Of a DNA stretch of 64,000 nucleotides, positions 10,999-21,502 are shown piece after piece (the first letter of the stretch is position 1; the number at the start of each line of letters is the position of its first letter). This stretch comes from an uncultured Chloroflexia bacterium. GTDB taxonomy: Bacteria > Chloroflexota > Anaerolineae > CG2-30-64-16. The position numbers were made by a program, and so were the translations under genes. Location of the stretch: assembly GCA_963810095.1 (NCBI GenBank), contig CAWEMM010000014.1, forward strand, positions 160,001 through 224,000, read 5' to 3'. The notes under the pieces were generated by a model, which ran no database searches, was not told the origin of the DNA, and saw only the letters and a list, made by a program, of their open reading frames with translations.

Positions 10999-12336
10999 AT
11001 GCTAGAAGCGGTTCGTAATGCGTTCCGTTTGCCGGACCTGCGACGCAAGCTGTTGGTCACCCTGGGCATCCTGGTGATCTACCGCCTGCTCGCACACATC
11101 CCGGTGCCGGGCGTGAATACCCAGGCGCTGCAAACGATCTTCAGCTCGAACCAGCTGCTGGGCCTGCTTAACCTGCTGTCGGGCGGCGCGCTGCAGAACT
11201 TCTCGGTGATGGCCATGGGTGTTTACCCGTACATCACCGCGTCGATCATCATCCAGTTGCTCATCCCGATCATTCCGCAGTGGCAAGAGCTGCAGAAGGA
11301 AGGCGATGCGGGCCGCAATAGACTCAACCAGTACACCAACTGGCTGACCATCCCGCTCGCGCTGCTGCAGGCTTTCGGCCAGTCGTCGCTGTTGACCCAG
11401 AGCACCAGCCAGGCCGGCCCCGTCCTGTCGAAGTTCGGCTTCGCCAGCTTTCCGCTCGAGACCATCGTGATCCTGGTCTCGCTGACCGCGGGTACGATGA
11501 TCGCCATGTGGTTGGGCCAGATCATCACCCAAGAGGGTATCGGCAACGGCATCTCGATCATCATCTTTGGCGGCATCATCGCGGCCATGCCCACGAACGT
11601 CGTCAACACGACGATCCAGGGCGGCGTCCTGCAGCTGCTGGTCTTCATCCTGGTGACGGTCCTGACTGTCGCCGTCATCGTGGTCGTGCAGGAAGGGCAG
11701 CGGCGCATTCCGGTGCAATACGGCAAGCGGGTGCGCGCGATGCGGGGCAACCGGCTGATGGTGGTCGGCGGCCAGAGCACGCATGTGCCGATCCGGGTGA
11801 ACTCGGCCGGCATGATCCCGCTGATCTTCGCGTCGTCCATGCTGATCTTCCCGAGCACGATCGCCAGCTACTTCGTCAACTCGCCGTCGGCTTTCGTGTC
11901 GTCCGTGGCGAATGCGGTGTACAACTTCTTCACGCCGGCCCACGCCGCGTACTGGCTGCTCTACTTCTTGTTGGTCATTGCGTTCACGTACTTCTACACG
12001 GACGTGATCTTCAAGCAGCAGAACCTGGCCGAGACGCTGCAGCGCCAGGGTGGCTTCATCCCGGGCATCCGCCCCGGTTACAACACCGAGAAGTACCTGA
12101 ACACCGTGCTGTCCCGCATCACGCTGGTCGGCGCGCTGTTCCTGGGCTTCGTCGCCATCCTGCCGTGGCTCGTCCACCTGTTCTTGGGCGGGGGCGCGTC
12201 GGGCCGGGCGGCCAACAGCACCCTGCTGATCTCCAGCACCGGCCTGCTGATTGTGGTCGGCGTCGTGCTTGACACGATGAAGCAACTGGAAGCGCAGCTG
12301 TTGATGCGCCATTACGAAGGCTTCATCCGGAAGTAG
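10999..12336 (+). CDS. secY: Preprotein translocase SecY
   Basis: MGVYPYITASII, GIGNGISIII, GGFIPGIRPG; multiple TM segments. Confidence 0.99.
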   Translation: MLEAVRNAFRLPDLRRKLLVTLGILVIYRLLAHIPVPGVNTQALQTIFSSNQLLGLLNLLSGGALQNFSVMAMGVYPYITASIIIQLLIPIIPQWQELQKEGDAGRNRLNQYTNWLTIPLALLQAFGQSSLLTQSTSQAGPVLSKFGFASFPLETIVILVSLTAGTMIAMWLGQIITQEGIGNGISIIIFGGIIAAMPTNVVNTTIQGGVLQLLVFILVTVLTVAVIVVVQEGQRRIPVQYGKRVRAMRGNRLMVVGGQSTHVPIRVNSAGMIPLIFASSMLIFPSTIASYFVNSPSAFVSSVANAVYNFFTPAHAAYWLLYFLLVIAFTYFYTDVIFKQQNLAETLQRQGGFIPGIRPGYNTEKYLNTVLSRITLVGALFLGFVAILPWLVHLFLGGGASGRAANSTLLISSTGLLIVVGVVLDTMKQLEAQLLMRHYEGFIRK

Positions 12337-12353
12337 CGCGATTCGGGCAGGCG

Positions 12354-12362
12354 TGATATAAT
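12354..12362 (+). promoter_or_regulatory. Extended -10 promoter for adk-map-rpmJ
   Basis: TGATATAAT (TGnTATAAT consensus) upstream of adk. Confidence 0.6.
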
Positions 12363-12385
12363 GATGGTTCTGTAACCGGGCAACG

Positions 12386-12448
12386 AGAGACCAGGTTTCT
12401 TCAGGCGAGGCCGTCACGCCGTGACGATCGCACGGAAACCTGGTTTCT
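12386..12448. repeat. Family A copy 2, halves separated by a 33 bp insert
   Basis: AGAGACCAGGTTTCT...GGAAACCTGGTTTCT with internal CGTCAC-GCC-GTGACG hairpin. Confidence 0.75.
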
Positions 12449-12473
12449 TACGGGTAGTGACCAGGGGGCATCG

Positions 12474-13151
12474 ATGGTAGAACAGACAAAGCCGTTGTTT
12501 ATCGTCATGCTCGGCGCCCCGGGCGCCGGTAAGGGCACCCAGGCACGCATGCTCTCGGAAGCGATGCACCTCCCGCAGGTTTCGTCGGGCGACATCTTCC
12601 GCGAGAACCTGAAGAACCAAACGCCGCTGGGTCTGCTGGCCAAGGGGTACATGGACAAGGGCGAGCTGGTGCCCGACGACGTGACCATTAACATGGTGAT
12701 GGACCGGTTGAGCCGGGCGGATGCTGCCGGCGGCGTGGTGTTGGACGGGTTCCCGCGCACGCTGGCCCAGGCCGCCGCGCTGGATCGGGCGCTGGCCGAG
12801 CGGGGCTTGGGTATCCAGGTGGTGCCCTTGCTCGAGGTCGGCGACGAGGCCTTGATCAACCGGTTGGCCGGCCGGCGCGTCTGCAAAGACTGCCAGGCCA
12901 TGTACCACGTCGAGTTCAATCCGCCGACAGTCGAAGGCAAGTGCGACAAGTGCGGCGGCGAGTTGTATCGGCGGGCCGACGACGAACCCGAGACCGTGCG
13001 CAACCGGCTGTTCGTGTACTACAAGCAGACGGCGCCGTTGATCGGCTACTACTTCGCTCACGATCTGCTGGTCCCGATGAACGGCGACCGGCCGATGGAG
13101 CAGGTGCAAGCCGACCTGCTGGCCGCGGTAGCGCCGGCGACGGGCGTCTGA
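12474..13151 (+). CDS. adk: Adenylate kinase (zinc LID type)
   Basis: GAPGAGKGTQA, LDGFPRT, CxxC...CxxC lid. Confidence 0.99.
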   Translation: MVEQTKPLFIVMLGAPGAGKGTQARMLSEAMHLPQVSSGDIFRENLKNQTPLGLLAKGYMDKGELVPDDVTINMVMDRLSRADAAGGVVLDGFPRTLAQAAALDRALAERGLGIQVVPLLEVGDEALINRLAGRRVCKDCQAMYHVEFNPPTVEGKCDKCGGELYRRADDEPETVRNRLFVYYKQTAPLIGYYFAHDLLVPMNGDRPMEQVQADLLAAVAPATGV

Positions 13152-13186
13152 TCTGGATGCGTGGCCTCGGCGACGCGTAACCAGGG

Positions 13187-13963
13187 GTGATGCATGATCA
13201 TCTTAAAAGTCGGCCTGAGATCGCGCAGATGCGCGAGGCGGGGCGCATCGTTGCCCGGGTGCACGAGGCTATGCGTGAGCTGGTCCGGCCCGGCGTAACG
13301 ACTGCGGAATTGAACACGCGGGCCGAAGAGATCATTCGCCAGCACGGTGCGATCCCGACGTTTCTGGGGTATCCGCACACCGGAAAGAACGACTTTCCGG
13401 CCAGCATCTGCGCCTCGATCAACGAGGAACTGGTGCACGGCATTCCCAGTGCGAAGCGTTGGCTCGAGCCGGGCGATATCATCAGCGTCGACGTGGGCGC
13501 CACGTACAAGGGCTGGGTCGGTGACTCGGCCTGGACCTATGCGGTGGGCCCGATCGATGCCGATAGCCAGGCGTTGATGGATGCGACGGAAGGCAGCCTG
13601 TGGGCGGGCATCGCCCAGGCCCGGGCGGGCAACTTCCTGGCCGATATCTCGAAGGCGATCGAGACGCACATCGTGCAGCGCGGCTTCCACGTGGTCCGTG
13701 AGTACACGGGGCATGGCGTCGGCCGGCGCATGCACGAAGAACCGAATGTGTTGAACTATGTCCCGGCGGGGGTGGGCCGCGGGCCCAAGCTGAAGCCGGG
13801 CATGACGTTTGCGCTGGAGCCCATGGTGGGCACAAGCACCTGGCGCACGAAGGTGATGTCGGATGGCTGGCTGGTCGTTATGGCTGACGGCAAGCGCGCC
13901 GCCCACTTCGAACACACGATCGCCGTCACAGACGGCGAGCCCGAGATTCTGACAGTCTTGTAG
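13187..13963 (+). CDS. map: Methionine aminopeptidase type I (true start probably ATG 13194 with a 1-nt error)
   Basis: [29 protein letters not shown]. Confidence 0.97.
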   Translation: MMHDHLKSRPEIAQMREAGRIVARVHEAMRELVRPGVTTAELNTRAEEIIRQHGAIPTFLGYPHTGKNDFPASICASINEELVHGIPSAKRWLEPGDIISVDVGATYKGWVGDSAWTYAVGPIDADSQALMDATEGSLWAGIAQARAGNFLADISKAIETHIVQRGFHVVREYTGHGVGRRMHEEPNVLNYVPAGVGRGPKLKPGMTFALEPMVGTSTWRTKVMSDGWLVVMADGKRAAHFEHTIAVTDGEPEILTVL

Positions 13964-13965
13964 GG

Positions 13966-13998
13966 AGAAATCGGGTTTCTGCGAGAAACCGGCTTCCT
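13966..13998. repeat. Family A copy 3 (degenerate)
   Basis: AGAAATCGGGTTTCT-GCG-AGAAACCGGCTTCCT. Confidence 0.8.
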
Positions 13999-14025
13999 GT
14001 GACACGAGGACACTGGAGAAAGAAC

Positions 14026-14139
14026 ATGAAAGTCCGACCGTCGGTCAAGCGCATTTGCGACAAGTGCAAGATCATCCGGCGCCACGGCACGGTGCAGGTA
14101 ATCTGCGTTAACCCGAAGCACAAGCAGCGCCAAGGGTAA
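14026..14139 (+). CDS. rpmJ: 50S ribosomal protein L36 (not in the ORF track)
   Basis: Manual translation [37 protein letters not shown]. Confidence 0.98.
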   Translation: MKVRPSVKRICDKCKIIRRHGTVQVICVNPKHKQRQG

Positions 14140-14153
14140 TTGGAGGATAGCGA

Positions 14154-14532
14154 ATGGCTCGTATCGCTGGTGTAGACCTGCCGCGAGATAAGCGGGTTGA
14201 AGTAGGCCTGACTTATATCTTCGGCATCGGCCCTACGTCGAGCAGAGAGATCCTGACGATGACGGGTGTCAACCCGGACGTCCGGATCAAGGACCTGGAC
14301 GAGACGCAGGTTGCAAAGCTGCGTGACGTCATCGAGCGCAACTACAAGGTAGAAGGCGACCTGCGCCGCGAGGTGGCGATGAACATCAAGCGCCTGCAGG
14401 AAATCGGCAGCTACCGCGGTCTGCGCCATCGCCGCAATTTGCCGGTTCGCGGCCAACGCACGCGCGACGAACGCCCGCACCAAGCGAGGCGCTCGCCGCA
14501 CCGTTCCGGGCAAGAAGCGCGCCCGCAAGTAA
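14154..14532 (+). CDS. rpsM: 30S ribosomal protein S13, frameshift near 14466
   Basis: [10 protein letters not shown]...[17 protein letters not shown] then NARTKRG in a shifted frame. Confidence 0.97.
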
Positions 14533-14541
14533 TCGTAAGCT

Positions 14542-14588
14542 GGGGCGACCGTAGTGGTCGCCCGGGCGGCCGCTACGGTCGCCCCTAC
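14542..14588. repeat. Family C REP-like double palindrome
   Basis: GGGGCGACCGTAGTGGTCGCCC/GGGCGGCCGCTACGGTCGCCCC then TAC. Confidence 0.7.
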
Positions 14589-14601
14589 TGGGAGAAGAGG
14601 A

Positions 14602-15024
<423 letters not shown>

Positions 15025-15114
15025 TTCTTATTTCGCCACAGAGCAGGCGGAGGCGGCCGAGGGACATCCTTCCGGCGCCTGCGTGAACTCTGAGGCTAAA
15101 CTCTAAAGGTAATT

Positions 15115-15204
15115 GGGAGAGGGAAGAAGGTTGCCAAGCCGTAAACCTCTCGTCCTGGTTCCTTAAGCGACTCCCAAGAGTCGCACGCAACCAATTGGTT
15201 GCGC
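15115..15204 (+). promoter_or_regulatory. Candidate S4 (rpsD) leader RNA mimicking 16S rRNA helix 16
   Basis: GAGG-GAAGAA-GGTT-GCCA-AGCC-GTAAA-CCTC at 15119..15149, followed by two hairpins before the rpsD SD. Confidence 0.65.
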
Positions 15205-15223
15205 ATTGATCTGGAGGATCAAG

Positions 15224-15859
15224 TTGGCACGAACGATTGATCCGGTGTGCAGGCTCTGCCGCCGGGAAGGAATGAAGCTCTTTCTGAAGGGTGAGCGGTG
15301 CTACTCGCCCAAGTGCTCCGTCGAGAAGCGCACCTATGCGCCCGGCATGCACGGCAAGAAGGGTGCGTTCAAGCACAAAGAGTCCGATTACGCAATGCAG
15401 CTCCGCGAGAAGCAGAAGGCGCGGCGTTTCTATGGCGTGCAAGAGCGCCAGTTCCGCCGCTACTTTGCCGGTGCGCAGCGCATCAAGGGTATGACCGGCG
15501 TCAACCTGTTGCAGACACTCGAGCGCCGCCTGGACAACGTCGTCTACCGCCTCGGCATCGCCGATTCCCGGCCCCAGGCGCGGCAGCTTGTCCGCCACGG
15601 CCATTTTGCGCTTAACGGCCGCAATCACAACGTACCGTCATACCTGGTCCAGATCGGCGACGAGATCGCGGTGCGCGAGGGCAGCCGCACGAACGGCTAC
15701 TTCAAGAGCATTGCCGACCATCTCGGCCAGCGCTCGGTTCCGGAATGGCTGCAGTTTGATGAATCTCGCCTGGTGGGCCGCGTCGTTGGGACGCCCGACC
15801 GCCAAGCCATCGAAATCCCGCTCAAAGAGCAGCTCATCGTCGAGTACTACAGCCGGTAA
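15224..15859 (+). CDS. rpsD: 30S ribosomal protein S4 (zinc-binding type)
   Basis: [38 protein letters not shown]; TTG start. Confidence 0.98.
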   Translation: MARTIDPVCRLCRREGMKLFLKGERCYSPKCSVEKRTYAPGMHGKKGAFKHKESDYAMQLREKQKARRFYGVQERQFRRYFAGAQRIKGMTGVNLLQTLERRLDNVVYRLGIADSRPQARQLVRHGHFALNGRNHNVPSYLVQIGDEIAVREGSRTNGYFKSIADHLGQRSVPEWLQFDESRLVGRVVGTPDRQAIEIPLKEQLIVEYYSR

Positions 15860-15864
15860 GGCGG

Positions 15865-15960
15865 AATAGAACGCAGGTTGAACTGATGAAACTGGTTGAC
15901 ATGATCATCATGGACAGCGATCAGGTAAATCAGCAAGATCAGTTCGATCAGCGTGCTATT
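15865..15960. repeat. Family B element copy 3
   Basis: AATAGAACGC...GCGTGCTATT. Confidence 0.8.
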
Positions 15961-15982
15961 CTTTATAAGGGAGGGTGCTTCC

Positions 15983-16981
15983 TTGTTGGATTTTGTGCTG
16001 CCTAAGATTGAGCGCGAAGCGAGCGCCCGTAACTACGGGAAATTCGTCATCGGCCCGATGGAGAGCGGTTATGGCATCACGCTGGGCAATGCCCTGCGGC
16101 GGGTGCTGTTGTCCTCGCTCCCCGGCGCGGCGGTGAGCTCGATTCGCATTAGCGGGGTTCATCATGAGTTTTCGCCGATTCCAAACGTCCGCGAGGATAC
16201 GACCGCGCTGCTGCTGAACGTCAAGCAGCTGCGGTTGAAGTCTGAGCTGGACGAGCCGGTTCGGCTGCACGTCGATGTGCGCAACGAAGGTCCTGTCACT
16301 GCCGGCGACCTGATCTGCCCGCCTGAGGTGGAGATCGTTAACCCGGAACTGCTGCTGCTGACCGCGGATGCGCCCGACGTCGACCTCGACCTCGAACTGA
16401 CCGTCAGCCGCGGCCGGGGTTACTCGCCCGCGGAAGAGCGTGGCAAGCTGCCGCTGGGCGAAATCCCGGTGGACGCCATCTACGCGCCGGTTCGCAAGGT
16501 CAATTATGCCGTCTCGCGGGCGCGTATCGGCCAGAACACGAATTACGATCGCCTGGTGCTCGAGATCTGGACCGACGGGACCATTGCACCTGAGGCCGCG
16601 CTGCGCGAGTCCGCACGTATGCTCGTCCGCCACCTGACCCTGGTCGCGGGCGCGGACGTGCTGCCGCCCGAGCAGGCAGCGGCCGAGGGCCGCGGGGTGC
16701 CGAGCCGGATCTACGACGTGCCCATCGAGGAGCTGGAGCTGAGCGTCCGGGCGTACAACTGCCTGAAGCGCGCCGGCATTACCAAGGTGGGTGAGGTCCT
16801 GGAGCGGCTGGAGAAGGGTGAGGAAGAAGTCCTCGCCATTCGCAACTTCGGGCGCAAGTCCTTGAACGAACTGGTGGATCGGCTGGACCAGAAGGGTTTC
16901 CTGTCGGCCATCTCCTACCAGCCCACGGTTACGGCCGAGCTGGATGAGGACGCCGAAGACGCCGAAGCCGAGCTAGCATAG
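15983..16981 (+). CDS. rpoA: RNA polymerase alpha subunit
   Basis: GYGITLGNALRRVLLSSLPG, LSVRAYNCLKRAGI, NFGRKS. Confidence 0.99.
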   Translation: MLDFVLPKIEREASARNYGKFVIGPMESGYGITLGNALRRVLLSSLPGAAVSSIRISGVHHEFSPIPNVREDTTALLLNVKQLRLKSELDEPVRLHVDVRNEGPVTAGDLICPPEVEIVNPELLLLTADAPDVDLDLELTVSRGRGYSPAEERGKLPLGEIPVDAIYAPVRKVNYAVSRARIGQNTNYDRLVLEIWTDGTIAPEAALRESARMLVRHLTLVAGADVLPPEQAAAEGRGVPSRIYDVPIEELELSVRAYNCLKRAGITKVGEVLERLEKGEEEVLAIRNFGRKSLNELVDRLDQKGFLSAISYQPTVTAELDEDAEDAEAELA

Positions 16982-17051
16982 CACTTTCCGCCACGAATCT
17001 CACGATGACCCAAATTCGTGGAATTCGTGGCAGGTATCATGGAGTATACAC

Positions 17052-17537
17052 ATGAAACATCGAGTTGCAGGACGCAAGCTTGGCCGGGATTCGGCGCAAC
17101 GCTCTGCCCTGATGAAAGGTCTGGTTACCGAGCTCTTCCGGCACGATCGCATTAGCACGACCGCGGCCAAGGCGCGTTTCATGCGCGGCGACGCCGAGCA
17201 CCTCATCACGATCGCTAAGCGTGGTTTGGCCGAGGGCGGTAACAACGTACATGCGCATCGCTTGGCCGCCAAGGTCATCACCGACCCAGACGTGGCCGCG
17301 CGGCTGTTCAACGAAATCGCGCCCCGCTTCGCCGAGCGACCCGGGGGCTACACCCGCATGATCAAGATCGGCCCGCGCGTCGGCGACGGCGCCGAGATGG
17401 TTGTGATCGAGTTGGTCGATCGTGGCGACGGCAAGGGCGCCAGCAAGGAAGCCGGCAAGACTGCCGCGCGGCCAAGCATCGGCTCTCGCATGCGCCAGGC
17501 GACGAACCGGATTCGCCGGGGTCGCGAGGAAGAATAG
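17052..17537 (+). CDS. rplQ: 50S ribosomal protein L17
   Basis: MKHRVAGRKLGR...RPGGYTR...GDGA; C-terminal extension. Confidence 0.98.
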   Translation: MKHRVAGRKLGRDSAQRSALMKGLVTELFRHDRISTTAAKARFMRGDAEHLITIAKRGLAEGGNNVHAHRLAAKVITDPDVAARLFNEIAPRFAERPGGYTRMIKIGPRVGDGAEMVVIELVDRGDGKGASKEAGKTAARPSIGSRMRQATNRIRRGREEE

Positions 17538-17651
17538 GACGCAGATTGAACTGATTGAACTGCTGGCAGGATCCTTCGCGGTAAAGATCATGTCTCTCGG
17601 TTCAATCAGCTAGATCGGCGGACCGTGCCGAACGTATCAACAGCGTACTTT
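17533..17651. repeat. Family B element copy 4 (longer variant)
   Basis: AATAGGACGCAGATTGAACTGATTGAACTG...GCGTACTTT. Confidence 0.75.
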
Positions 17652-17664
17652 ACCAGGTTACAAG

Positions 17665-18441
17665 TTGCCATACTACCGAGCTACCGTCGCTTATGACGGC
17701 ACCGAATTTCTCGGGTTTCAGCTCCAGGCGGCCGTCAGGACCGTTCAGGGCGAGTTGGAGGCGGCGGTTCTCCGGGTGAGTGGAGCCGAGGCTCGAGTCG
17801 TCGGCTCTGGTCGCACTGATGCGGGCGTGCATGCGGCGGGCCAGGTCGTCGGGTTTCGCGGCGAATGGCGCCACACGACGTCCGACCTGCACCGGGCTCT
17901 GAATGCCGTGCTGGCTCGCGACGTTGCGGTGGTCGACCTGGACGAGGCGCCGGAGACGTGGCACCCGAGGTTCAGCGCCAAGTGGCGGCATTACCGCTAC
18001 TCGGTGCGAAACGCCGCCTGGCGCTCACCGCTCACCCGGCACTACGCCTTGCACCTGGGCCAGCCCTTGCAGCTGGCCAACCTGCAAGCGGCGGCGCGGG
18101 TCTTTGTCGGCGAGCATGATTTCGCCAGCTTTGGCCGGCCGATGCAGGACGGCGAGAGCACCCGGCGGATGATCTACCGCTCGGGTTGGCGTCAAGAAGG
18201 CGATATGCTCTTCTATGACGTCATCGGCAACGCCTTCCTGCGAGGGATGGTGCGGTCGTTGGTCGGGAGCATGTTGCGTGTGGGTCTGGCCCAGTCGACA
18301 GTCGAGCAGTTGCTCGAGACACTGGCGGCGAAGGATCGCACCCTGGCGGCGCCACCCGCAGCAGCGTGCGGCTTGTGCCTGATGCATGTTGAATATGACG
18401 AACCGCAAGGTTCTGCGTCTAGGCGGACTTGCGAAGGATAG
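17665..18441 (+). CDS. truA: tRNA pseudouridine(38-40) synthase
   Basis: YDGTEFLGFQ, SGRTDAGVHA, FLRGMVR. Confidence 0.97.
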   Translation: MPYYRATVAYDGTEFLGFQLQAAVRTVQGELEAAVLRVSGAEARVVGSGRTDAGVHAAGQVVGFRGEWRHTTSDLHRALNAVLARDVAVVDLDEAPETWHPRFSAKWRHYRYSVRNAAWRSPLTRHYALHLGQPLQLANLQAAARVFVGEHDFASFGRPMQDGESTRRMIYRSGWRQEGDMLFYDVIGNAFLRGMVRSLVGSMLRVGLAQSTVEQLLETLAAKDRTLAAPPAAACGLCLMHVEYDEPQGSASRRTCEG

Positions 18442-18506
18442 AACGCAGGCGGCGGGGCAACCCCAGGGTTGCACGCTTGCGGTACGAGTTACGAGGAGTC
18501 TGAACA

Positions 18507-18944
18507 GTGAGAACTTATAGCGCAACCGCTGCGGACGCTGAAGCCAGCCGCGAGTGGTATGTCGTTGATGCCACGGGGCAGAATCTGGGCCGCCTGGCTA
18601 CGCAGATCGCCAACGTGCTGAAGGGCAAGCACAAGCCGATCTACACGCCGGGCATGGATTGCGGCGACTTCGTCGTCGTCATCAACGCCGACAAAATCCG
18701 GGTCACCGGCAACAAGCTGGACGACAAACTGTACTACCGCTACTCGGGGTATCCTGGCGGCTTGCACGATGTCACGCTGCGCAAGCAGCTGGCCACGCAT
18801 CCCGATCGCGTGATTGAGGATGCCGTGTTGGGCATGCTCGCGCGCAACAAGCTGCGCAGGCAGCTGATCAAGAAGCTCAAGGTGTACGCCGGCGGCCAAC
18901 ACCCGCATGCGGCCCAACAGCCGAAGCCATTTCCGTTGGCGTGA
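18507..18944 (+). CDS. rplM: 50S ribosomal protein L13
   Basis: WYVVDA...LGRLA...GKHKPIYTP...HPHAAQQP. Confidence 0.99.
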   Translation: MRTYSATAADAEASREWYVVDATGQNLGRLATQIANVLKGKHKPIYTPGMDCGDFVVVINADKIRVTGNKLDDKLYYRYSGYPGGLHDVTLRKQLATHPDRVIEDAVLGMLARNKLRRQLIKKLKVYAGGQHPHAAQQPKPFPLA

Positions 18945-18959
18945 GGAGAGAGATTTTAG

Positions 18960-19352
18960 ATGTCAGCTAGATATTTCGAGGCCGTTGGCCGCCGCAAGAC
19001 CTCCAGCGCCCGTGTCCGCCTTTATCCGGGCACCGGCACGATTGTCGTAAACGAGCGCCCGTTCGGCGAGTACTTCCCGCGCGAGACGGACCAGCTGCTG
19101 ATCTCCCGCCCGCTCCAGACGAGCGACACGGCGAGCAGCTTCAACGTCAGCATCCAGGTGACCGGCGGCGGCCTGACCGGCCAGGCCGGCGCGGCTGCGT
19201 TGGGCATTGCCCGTGCACTGTGCGTTGCCGATGCGGAACTGCGGCCCGTGCTCAAGAAGAACGGCTTCCTCGTGCGCGACCCCCGCGCCAAGGAACGCAA
19301 GAAGTACGGTCTCAAGCGCGCCCGCAAGGCCCCGCAGTACACCAAGCGCTAA
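18960..19352 (+). CDS. rpsI: 30S ribosomal protein S9
   Basis: GRRKTSSARV...ERKKYGLKRARKAPQYTKR. Confidence 0.99.
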   Translation: MSARYFEAVGRRKTSSARVRLYPGTGTIVVNERPFGEYFPRETDQLLISRPLQTSDTASSFNVSIQVTGGGLTGQAGAAALGIARALCVADAELRPVLKKNGFLVRDPRAKERKKYGLKRARKAPQYTKR

Positions 19353-19374
19353 ACGTCTCCCAATTGGGAGATGA

Positions 19375-19469
19375 AATAGGACGCAGATCGAACTGATCTG
19401 ACTGATCTACACGATTCTCATTAGTGGAATCATGCGGATCAGTTCAATCAGTCAGATCTGTGTTCTATT
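19375..19469. repeat. Family B element copy 5
   Basis: AATAGGACGCAGATCGAACTGATCTGACTGATC...GATCAGTTCAATCAGTCAGATCTGTGTTCTATT. Confidence 0.85.
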
Positions 19470-19491
19470 CTTTTCTGGCCAGGAGCGTAGC

Positions 19492-20014
19492 ATGCGGGTG
19501 GGGATTCTGACCGTCAGCGATCGCAGCTTTCGCGGCGAGCGTGCAGACCTGGGCGGGCCTGCACTCGAGCGGGCCATCCGTGAAGGCTGGGCCCCGGTCG
19601 CACCGGAAGGTCAGCGCGACGTGGACGTGGCGGCCATGGCGGTCGTCCCGGACGAGCGCGACCTGATCGCGGCGAAGCTCGCCGAGTGGGCGGACCTGCT
19701 GCAGCTCGACCTGGTGCTGACGACCGGGGGTACGGGCTTCGCACCGCGCGACGTGACCCCCGAGGCCACGCTGGATGTGATAGAGCGCAGCGCGCCCGGC
19801 CTGGCCGAGGCGATTCGCGGCACAAAGCCTGCGCATCACCCCGCACGCCATGCTCAGCCGCGCGGTCGCCGGCATCCGCAAGCGCACCTTGATCGTCAAC
19901 CTGCCCGGCAGCCCGAAAGGCGCGGTCGAGAGTCTTGCGATGATCATGCCGGTGCTGCCACACGCCATCGAGCTGCTGCATGAGGATGCTTCGGCCGAGC
20001 AGCACCACGGCTGA
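19492..20014 (+). CDS. mog: Molybdopterin adenylyltransferase MogA/MoaB family, frameshift near 19822
   Basis: [24 protein letters not shown], then [21 protein letters not shown]. Confidence 0.9.
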
Positions 20015-20098
20015 ACCAGTCGCCAAGCGGATCGAACGCGCTGTAGGGCGAGCTTCAGCTCGCCGCGCCAATTGCGATCATGGCACACACCGAATCGC

Positions 20099-21433
20099 TC
20101 ACTTTTTCCAGAGGCGAGCCACGTCATCCCAGTAACCGCGGCGCTCCAGCTCTCCCGCCGACCAAATTGCCACCCCCCGCGCACCAAGCTGCCGGGCATG
20201 CGCGATGCGCTCTGCCAGCGGGCCAAAGGTGGGAAGGTCGGCACCGATCCCCAGCCAGACCTGCCCGCCCTGCACCTTGCTCTGCTGAGCCACGTGGTCG
20301 GCCGCCAGCACTTTCCACTTCGCGATGTCCGCGTTGAACGTTGGCCCGTAGATCATCGGCGCGAGCGCATCGACGCAGCCCTCTCTGAGCCACCGGTGCG
20401 AGTCCTGATAGTAGTCCGCAAATCCCTGAGACGTCACGAACTTCATTGCCGCGGTCTTCTTATACGTGAACCACACCGCGGCGCTGAGCAGCACCCCCGC
20501 TCGAATGGCCTTAATCTCCCACCTGTAGCGCGCAATCCACTCGCTGAGGTGGTCCCGCTGCCAGTTCTCGAGCGATGCCGGCGGCTTTGCCGCATGCCAC
20601 GCGGCGTAGGTCTCGGGATCATGCGAATACTGCCGGCCCGGATAGCGCACACGGTCCAGGTGAATCCCGTCGACTGCGTAGCGCGTGACGATGTCTCGGA
20701 TCACGGCCACGTTCTGTGCGTGCACCCGATCCACACCCGGGCTGGCCCACAGGTATTCCGAGCAGGGCACGGGGCTGGTCTTGCTGTCGCCCATGGGCGT
20801 CGGCGTGCCCTTCACCTTCGCGTACACCCGCCACGCCGGGTCGTAACGCTTCGTGGTCGGGTCGTACTTGGCCAGCGTCCAGTAAGGGTGCTCGGGCGCG
20901 GTGTGCGGGGGTGCGCCTCGGCCGGCCTCCCAGAAAGTGAAGGCGTTGAGGTAGGCATGCAGGGCCAGCCCGCGCTTGTGGGCAAGCTCGATGGCCGCGG
21001 CCAGTGGGTCCCAACCGGGATTGCGCCCGAGGTCGGCCACCCGCGACGAGGTGAGGCGGTATGACCACGGTTCGACGCCCGGCGTGTAATAGGCGTCTCC
21101 GGTCGCACGCACCTGGAACAGGAGCGTGTTGAAACCCGCGTCTGCCGCCGCGTTGATGACCGCTTCGAGCCGCGCCCGCTTCAACGGCGGGCTGCCGAGG
21201 TCGAAGCGCGAGATCCAGAGGGCCCGCACTTCGGGCTGTTTCGGCCCGGGGGTCGGGGCGGGTGCAGGCGGCTGGGGTCGCGGCCAGCCGCCTGGCGGCG
21301 GGAAGGGCGCAGCCGCGGCAACGGGGTGCGGCGCGCGCGGCTCCGGTTCGCCGGGCATCGGCGGCTCAGCCCGCTCGCCGGGTGACCCGGCATCGGGGCC
21401 GGCCGTGCTGGGGAGGTCTTGGGCTTCTGGCAT
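20099..21433 (-). CDS. GH10-like (UPF0748/YddW-like) glycoside hydrolase with Pro-rich N-terminus
   Basis: EVRALW, NTLLFQVR..GDAYY, GWDPL, YAVDGIHLDRVRYP, APMIY. Confidence 0.85.
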   Translation of the reverse strand: MPEAQDLPSTAGPDAGSPGERAEPPMPGEPEPRAPHPVAAAAPFPPPGGWPRPQPPAPAPTPGPKQPEVRALWISRFDLGSPPLKRARLEAVINAAADAGFNTLLFQVRATGDAYYTPGVEPWSYRLTSSRVADLGRNPGWDPLAAAIELAHKRGLALHAYLNAFTFWEAGRGAPPHTAPEHPYWTLAKYDPTTKRYDPAWRVYAKVKGTPTPMGDSKTSPVPCSEYLWASPGVDRVHAQNVAVIRDIVTRYAVDGIHLDRVRYPGRQYSHDPETYAAWHAAKPPASLENWQRDHLSEWIARYRWEIKAIRAGVLLSAAVWFTYKKTAAMKFVTSQGFADYYQDSHRWLREGCVDALAPMIYGPTFNADIAKWKVLAADHVAQQSKVQGGQVWLGIGADLPTFGPLAERIAHARQLGARGVAIWSAGELERRGYWDDVARLWKK

Positions 21434-21502
21434 AAGCTTACTCCGTCACCATGGGGCGCCGCAGCACAGCAGGGCGCGGCGCGTGCGCGGCGAAGGATCG
21501 AA

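Noticed and set aside
15119-15149. 16S rRNA gene fragment
   Set aside because: Only ~30 nt resemble h16, the stems differ and the flanks are not rRNA; treated as a leader mimic
21180-21433. Pro-rich N-terminus of the GHL10-like protein as a separate repeat element
   Set aside because: Low-complexity linker with no periodic DNA repeat
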